From Burkholderiales bacterium (GTDB lineage Bacteria > Pseudomonadota > Gammaproteobacteria > Burkholderiales > SG8-41), in NCBI GenBank assembly GCA_019634975.1, contig JAHCAI010000010.1:277-64276 (forward strand): a stretch of DNA of 64,000 nt, given 5' to 3'. The stretch's first letter is position 1, and each line of letters opens with the position of its first letter. Positions 59,557-64,000 of this stretch are shown here, piece after piece. The notes under the pieces were generated by a model that worked only from the letters and a program-made list of their open reading frames with translations, made no database searches and had not been told where the DNA came from. The position numbers and the translations under genes were made by a program.

Positions 59557-60291
59557 ATGGCCATGATCGAATTTCGGAACGTCAGCAAATGGTACGGCAG
59601 CTTCCAGGTGCTGAAGGACTGCAGCACCAGCGTCGAAAAGGGCGAAGTCGTCGTCGTCTGCGGCCCTTCCGGCTCCGGCAAATCGACGCTGATCAAGTGC
59701 GTCAACGGACTCGAGCCCTTCCAGCAGGGCGAAGTCATCGTCAACGGCCAGTCGGTCGGCGACAGGGGGACCCGGCTGCCGCAGCTGCGCGCGAAGATCG
59801 GCATGGTGTTCCAGCACTTCGAGCTGTTTCCGCACATGGACGTCACCGCCAACCTCAACCTGGCCCAGGTCAAGGTGCTCGGACGCAGCGTCGAGGAAGC
59901 CACGGCCAAGTCGCATGCCCTGCTGCAGCGCGTCGGCATGATCGAGCACGCGAAGAAGTTCCCCGGACAGCTTTCCGGCGGCCAGCAGCAGCGCGTCGCC
60001 ATCGCCCGCGGCCTGGCAATGGACCCGGTCGCGATGCTGTTCGACGAGCCGACTTCCGCGCTCGACCCGGAGATGATCAACGAGGTGCTCGACGTGATGG
60101 TCGAGCTCGCGCAGGAAGGCATGACCATGATGTGCGTGACCCACGAGATGGGATTTGCACGCAAGGTCGCCCACCGGGTGATCTTCATGGACCAGGGCGA
60201 GATCGTCGAGGATGCGCCGAAGGAGGATTTCTTCGGCACGCCGCGCTCCGAGCGCGCGCAGCAGTTCCTGTCGAAGATTCTCCACCACTGA
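59557..60291 (+). CDS. gltL: Glutamate/aspartate ABC transporter ATP-binding protein
   Basis: Walker [10 protein letters not shown], signature LSGGQQQRV, Walker [12 protein letters not shown]. Confidence 0.92.
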   Translation: MAMIEFRNVSKWYGSFQVLKDCSTSVEKGEVVVVCGPSGSGKSTLIKCVNGLEPFQQGEVIVNGQSVGDRGTRLPQLRAKIGMVFQHFELFPHMDVTANLNLAQVKVLGRSVEEATAKSHALLQRVGMIEHAKKFPGQLSGGQQQRVAIARGLAMDPVAMLFDEPTSALDPEMINEVLDVMVELAQEGMTMMCVTHEMGFARKVAHRVIFMDQGEIVEDAPKEDFFGTPRSERAQQFLSKILHH

Positions 60292-60356
60292 CCCCTTCCG
60301 CGCAGTTACAATGCGCGCTTTTCAGCGAGGGCGCCCCGGCGGGCGTGTCTGTCACG

Positions 60357-60752
60357 ATGGCTTCGAGCGCTTCAAAAAAGAAATCCGGCAACCAGTACGA
60401 CTGCAGCAAATGCCCGGGCTACTGCTGCAGCTACCCCCTGATTGAGGTCGGCAAGCGCGACATCGCGCGGCTGGCGAAGCACTTCGGAATCACCTACGCC
60501 CAGGCGGAGTCGCGCTACACCCGCTTTGACCGCTCGGAGAAGGTGCGCTCGCTGAAGCAGCAGGACGACCGGCACTTCGGAAAAATCTGCAAGCTGTTCG
60601 ACACCCGCAAGCGGCATTGCACGGTGTACGAGTCGCGCCCCGGCGTCTGCCGCGAGTATCCGGACGGCAGGCGCTGCGGCTATTACGAATTCCTGATGTT
60701 CGAGCGCGAACACCAGGACGATCCGAAGTTCGTCGCAACCACCGACAACTAG
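60357..60752 (+). CDS. YkgJ-family cysteine-cluster protein (CxxCxxCC, UPF0153)
   Basis: 131 aa from the ATG at 60357, with CSKCPGYCC near the N-terminus and C...C...C later. The rest of track ORF 59589..60752 is a shadow of gltL. Confidence 0.75.
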   Translation: MASSASKKKSGNQYDCSKCPGYCCSYPLIEVGKRDIARLAKHFGITYAQAESRYTRFDRSEKVRSLKQQDDRHFGKICKLFDTRKRHCTVYESRPGVCREYPDGRRCGYYEFLMFEREHQDDPKFVATTDN

Positions 60753-60778
60753 CCCGATTCCGCCCCGGGCGCCTCGCA

Positions 60779-60801
60779 AGCCCCGCCTCGCGGGGCTTTT
60801 T
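60779..60801 (+). terminator. Rho-independent terminator after the YkgJ-family gene
   Basis: AGCCCCG-CCTCG-CGGGGCT overlapping a T5 run. Confidence 0.75.
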
Positions 60802-60835
60802 CATTTGCGCCGCGGGGCGCCGGAGGACGAGGGGT

Positions 60836-62008
60836 TCAGCGGCAGCACTCCGCCATCAGCCGGTGCAGGAAACGCTCGCAGCGCGCGACCTGCTCCAGCG
60901 CGACGAATTCGTCGGGCTTGTGCGCCTGGCGGATCGACCCCGGGCCGCAGACCACGGTCGGCACGCCAGCCACCTGGAACTGAGAGGCCTCGGTGCCGAA
61001 GGAAACCTTGAGGGTTTCACTGCACTCCGAGAACTCCTGCGCCAGCGCGGTGATCCCGGCCTCCGGACCGGTATCCAGCGCCGGGATCTCCGACAGCTTC
61101 TCGATGGTGAAGCCGGTGCCCGGATCGACGGCGTGCATCTCGGGCTCGATCACCGAGCGCACATGGTGCTCGAACTCGGCGCGCAGACGCTCCGGATCGT
61201 CGCCGGGCAGGTTGCGGAACTCGAAATCGAAAACGCAGTCCTGGGGCACGATGTTGAGCGCGGTGCCGCCGCGGATCACCCCGGTATGCACCGTGGTGTA
61301 GGCGATGTCGAAGCCGCGGTCATAGGGTCCGCGATCACGGTGCCGCCGCGCGAGCTGCTTGAGAAAGGCGACGGCTTCGGCGGCGGCCTCCACCGCGTTG
61401 ACGCCGAGCGGCGCGTAGGCGGAATGCGAGGCCAGCCCGCGCACGCTGCAGCGGTAGCTCTGCTTGCCCTTGTGCGCGATCACCGGCCGCATTTCGGTCG
61501 GCTCGCCGACGATGCAGGACTTGGGGCGGATGCCGGCCGCCACCATGTCTGCGAGCAGGCCGCGCACGCCGAGGCAGCCCACTTCCTCGTCATAGCTGAA
61601 CGCGAGGTGCAGCGGCGTCTTCAGTCCGCGCGCGACGTACGCCGGCACCAGCGCAAGCACGCAGGCGATGAAGGCCTTCATGTCTGAAGTGCCGCGGCCG
61701 TAGAGCCGGCCCTCGCGTTCGGCGAGCACGAAGGGGTCGCTGGTCCACTGCTGGCCATCCACCGGCACCACGTCGGTGTGCCCCGACAGCACGATGCCCG
61801 GCTCCCCGCGCGGCCCGAGGGTCGCGAACAGGTTGGCCTTGCGCCGGTCGTTGTCGAAAGTCAGCCGCAGCTCGGGGTCGAGCGGGCGCAGCAGCTCCCG
61901 CACATGGTCAATCAGTTGCAGGTTGGAGTCCCGGCTGACCGTCGGGAACGCGATCAGCTCGCGGATCAGCCGGAGAGTGTCGGCGCCGGGCGCAGCAGCG
62001 GCATTCAT
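60836..62008 (-). CDS. argE: M20-family deacylase, acetylornithine deacetylase (ArgE)-like
   Basis: 390 aa, LSGHTDVVP metal-binding motif and the YDEEVGC block. Confidence 0.75.
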   Translation of the reverse strand: MNAAAAPGADTLRLIRELIAFPTVSRDSNLQLIDHVRELLRPLDPELRLTFDNDRRKANLFATLGPRGEPGIVLSGHTDVVPVDGQQWTSDPFVLAEREGRLYGRGTSDMKAFIACVLALVPAYVARGLKTPLHLAFSYDEEVGCLGVRGLLADMVAAGIRPKSCIVGEPTEMRPVIAHKGKQSYRCSVRGLASHSAYAPLGVNAVEAAAEAVAFLKQLARRHRDRGPYDRGFDIAYTTVHTGVIRGGTALNIVPQDCVFDFEFRNLPGDDPERLRAEFEHHVRSVIEPEMHAVDPGTGFTIEKLSEIPALDTGPEAGITALAQEFSECSETLKVSFGTEASQFQVAGVPTVVCGPGSIRQAHKPDEFVALEQVARCERFLHRLMAECCR

Positions 62009-62091
62009 GATGACGTCCGTCGTTAAAGGGGCAGAATAGGCAGACCTTCGGCAGGTGTCAACGCGGCATCCTGCGGTATCCTTCGCACACC

Positions 62092-63663
62092 ATGAACGGA
62101 AAATCCTTCATCGCAGCGCTATGCGCCGCAGCCGCGCTGTTCGCCGCGGTCCCCGCGCCCGCGGCGGAATTGCGCATCGGGCTGTCCGGCGAAGTGACTT
62201 CGCTGGACCCGCACCTGCTCGCCTCGCAGCCGAACCTGACGGTCGCGCGCCACGTTTTCGAATCACTGACCGACGTCGATCCGCAGACGAAGCTGATTCC
62301 GGGCCTCGCCGAGCGCTGGCGCGCGCTGGACGCGCTGACCTGGGAGTTCAGCCTGCGCCGCGGCGTGAAGTTCCACGACGGCTCCGAGTTCACCGCGGAG
62401 GACGCGGCCTTCTCCATCGCGCGGCCGCTGTCGATCAGGGGCAGCCCCGGCGGCTTCGCCTCGTACGTGCGCGCCGTCGAATCGGCGACCGCGGTCGACC
62501 GCCACACGCTGCGCGTGCGCACCAAGTATCCGTATGGCGCGCTGCCCGAGGAACTTAATTCCATCCTGATCGTCTCGCGCAGGCATGCCCAGGATGCCGG
62601 CCCCGAGGACTTCGATTCGGGACGGGCGATGGTCGGCACCGGCCCGTACCGCTTTGTCCGGTATCAGCGCGGTGACCGGCTGGAACTCGCGCGCCATGAC
62701 GGCTGGTGGGGCAAGGCGCCGGCGTGGAACCGGGTCACCTTGCGCGTGATCCCCGCCGATCCTTCGCGCACCGCCGCCCTGCTCTCGGGCGAACTCGACG
62801 TGATCGAGCACGTCCCCTCGGCGGACTTAAAAAATATCATTAAAAACAATAAGTTACATGTAACCCAAACCACCTCCTGGCGCACCATACTGCTGCACCT
62901 CGACCAGTACCGCGCACAACCGCCCGGCGTCAGCGGCCCCGACGGCAGGCCGCTGGCGGACAATCCCTTCCGCGACCCGCGCGTGCGCCGCGCAATCTCG
63001 ATGGCCATCAACCGCAGCGCCATCGCCGAGCGCGTGATGGAGGGGCTCGCCGTCCCGGCGGCCAACGTTGTGTCGCCGGATGTCTTCGGCCACAACGCCG
63101 CGCTGAAGCCCCAGCCCTACGACCCCGAAGGTGCCAAGCGCCTGCTCGGCGAGGCCGGTTATCCGAAGGGTTTCCGCATCACGCTCGCCGGCCCCAACAA
63201 CCGCTATATCAACGACGAGCAGATCCTGCAAACCGTCGCGCAGCTGCTCACGCGCATTGGTCTGCAGACCCGCGTCGAGGCGATGCCAATGTCCGCCTTC
63301 CTTGGCCGGGTGCGCAAGGAGGAAACCGCGGTGTCGCTGCTCGGCTGGGGCTCCTTTGCCGCCGACCTCGCGCTGCGCTCGCTGGTTGCCGCACCCAATC
63401 CCGAGAAGGGCTACGGCGCGTGGAACTGGGGGCGCTATGCCAATCCGAAAGTCGATGCGCTGATGGAGCAGGCGCTGGCGAGCGTCGACCGCGGCAGGCG
63501 CGAAGCACTGGCGCGCGAAGCGAACACGCTGGCGATGCAGGACCTCGCCTTCATCCCGCTGCACCACCAGGTCGTCAGCTGGGCAATGCGCGCGGATCTC
63601 GCCTATGTCGCCCGCACCGACGAGTTCACCTTCGCCCACCACTTTTCGCCGGCCCGGCGCTGA
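62092..63663 (+). CDS. ABC transporter substrate-binding protein, family 5 (peptide/nickel/opine type)
   Basis: Signal peptide followed by family-5 blocks (LTWEFSLRRGVKFHDGSEFTAEDA, GTGPYRF). Confidence 0.85.
   Translation: MNGKSFIAALCAAAALFAAVPAPAAELRIGLSGEVTSLDPHLLASQPNLTVARHVFESLTDVDPQTKLIPGLAERWRALDALTWEFSLRRGVKFHDGSEFTAEDAAFSIARPLSIRGSPGGFASYVRAVESATAVDRHTLRVRTKYPYGALPEELNSILIVSRRHAQDAGPEDFDSGRAMVGTGPYRFVRYQRGDRLELARHDGWWGKAPAWNRVTLRVIPADPSRTAALLSGELDVIEHVPSADLKNIIKNNKLHVTQTTSWRTILLHLDQYRAQPPGVSGPDGRPLADNPFRDPRVRRAISMAINRSAIAERVMEGLAVPAANVVSPDVFGHNAALKPQPYDPEGAKRLLGEAGYPKGFRITLAGPNNRYINDEQILQTVAQLLTRIGLQTRVEAMPMSAFLGRVRKEETAVSLLGWGSFAADLALRSLVAAPNPEKGYGAWNWGRYANPKVDALMEQALASVDRGRREALAREANTLAMQDLAFIPLHHQVVSWAMRADLAYVARTDEFTFAHHFSPARR
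62826..62864 (+). repeat. Intragenic AT-rich patch resembling the repeat family
   Basis: CTTAAAAAATATCATTAAAAACAATAAGTTACATGTAAC lies inside the SBP CDS. It has the same CTTAAA start and TTAAAAACAA core as the intergenic copies, and encodes DLKNIIKNNKLHVT with rare codons. Confidence 0.35.
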
Positions 63664-63688
63664 GCGGGCAGCCACCCAAGGAAGACGA

Positions 63689-64000
63689 ATGACAGACCCC
63701 AACGCCTACACCGTTGAAATTTCGCCGCCCGACATCACGCCCTACCGGGGCGGGAATACCGGCATCGACTACGTCACCACCCTCGACAGCGGCAAGTCCG
63801 GTCCCCACGTGATGGTGACTGCGCTGGTGCATGGCAACGAGATCTGCGGCGCCATCGTCCTCGATGAACTCATGCGCGGCGGCATCCGCCCCCTGCACGG
63901 CCGGCTGACACTCGCCTTCTGCAACATCGCCGCGTTCGAGCGCTTCGATGTGGCCAATCCGGAAACCTCGCGCTGGGTCGATGAAGACCTCAACCGGATG
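63689..64000 (+). CDS. Succinylglutamate desuccinylase/aspartoacylase (AstE/AspA) family protein, N-terminal fragment (3' end outside window)
   Basis: ATG at 63689 preceded by AAGGAAG. Reads MTDPNAYTVEISPPDITPYRGGNTGIDYVTTLDSGKSGPHVMVTALVHGNEICG..., with the HGNE zinc-ligand motif of this family. Confidence 0.7.
   Translation, partial: MTDPNAYTVEISPPDITPYRGGNTGIDYVTTLDSGKSGPHVMVTALVHGNEICGAIVLDELMRGGIRPLHGRLTLAFCNIAAFERFDVANPETSRWVDEDLNRM

Overview
This is a GC-rich (about two-thirds G+C by eye) chromosomal segment with the gene order typical of Betaproteobacteria (Rhodocyclales/Burkholderiales-like). The order is dnaK-dnaJ, cysS, ppiA-ppiB-lpxH, then a long minus-strand housekeeping run: metZ, purF, cvpA, SPOR protein, folC, accD, trpA, trpB, trpF, truA, fimV, asd, leuB, leuD, leuC. 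After that come aroC, thyA-folA, apbC, metG, dnaE and gltIJKL. I see no rRNA, tRNA, CRISPR array, transposase, integrase or phage genes. Many long ORFs in the six-frame track are antisense shadows of real genes, as expected at this GC content, and several track ORFs carry spurious N-terminal extensions that I trimmed.

Features that housekeeping annotation does not explain:
1. A dispersed ~39-nt AT-rich repeat family with an IHF-consensus core lies in tiny spacers between genes. Similar AT-rich, rare-codon patches are embedded in frame inside two genes, and metG contains a ~400-bp low-GC mosaic segment.
2. Two translationally coupled PaaK/F390-synthetase-like adenylating enzymes lie directly downstream of a large PLP-dependent Orn/Lys/Arg decarboxylase.
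3. A three-gene envelope signalling module lies downstream of metG: a cyclase-homology-domain/TM/PEGA protein, a lipoprotein and a tail-anchored Hanks kinase.
4. A terminator-like hairpin with a U7 tract sits 21 nt upstream of the metZ start codon, suggesting an attenuator or riboswitch platform.
5. A 39-aa entericidin-like lipoprotein ORF between leuC and leuD falls below the ORF-track size cutoff.

None of these can be proven novel from sequence alone. All functional calls rest on recognisable motifs and synteny, not on database searches.
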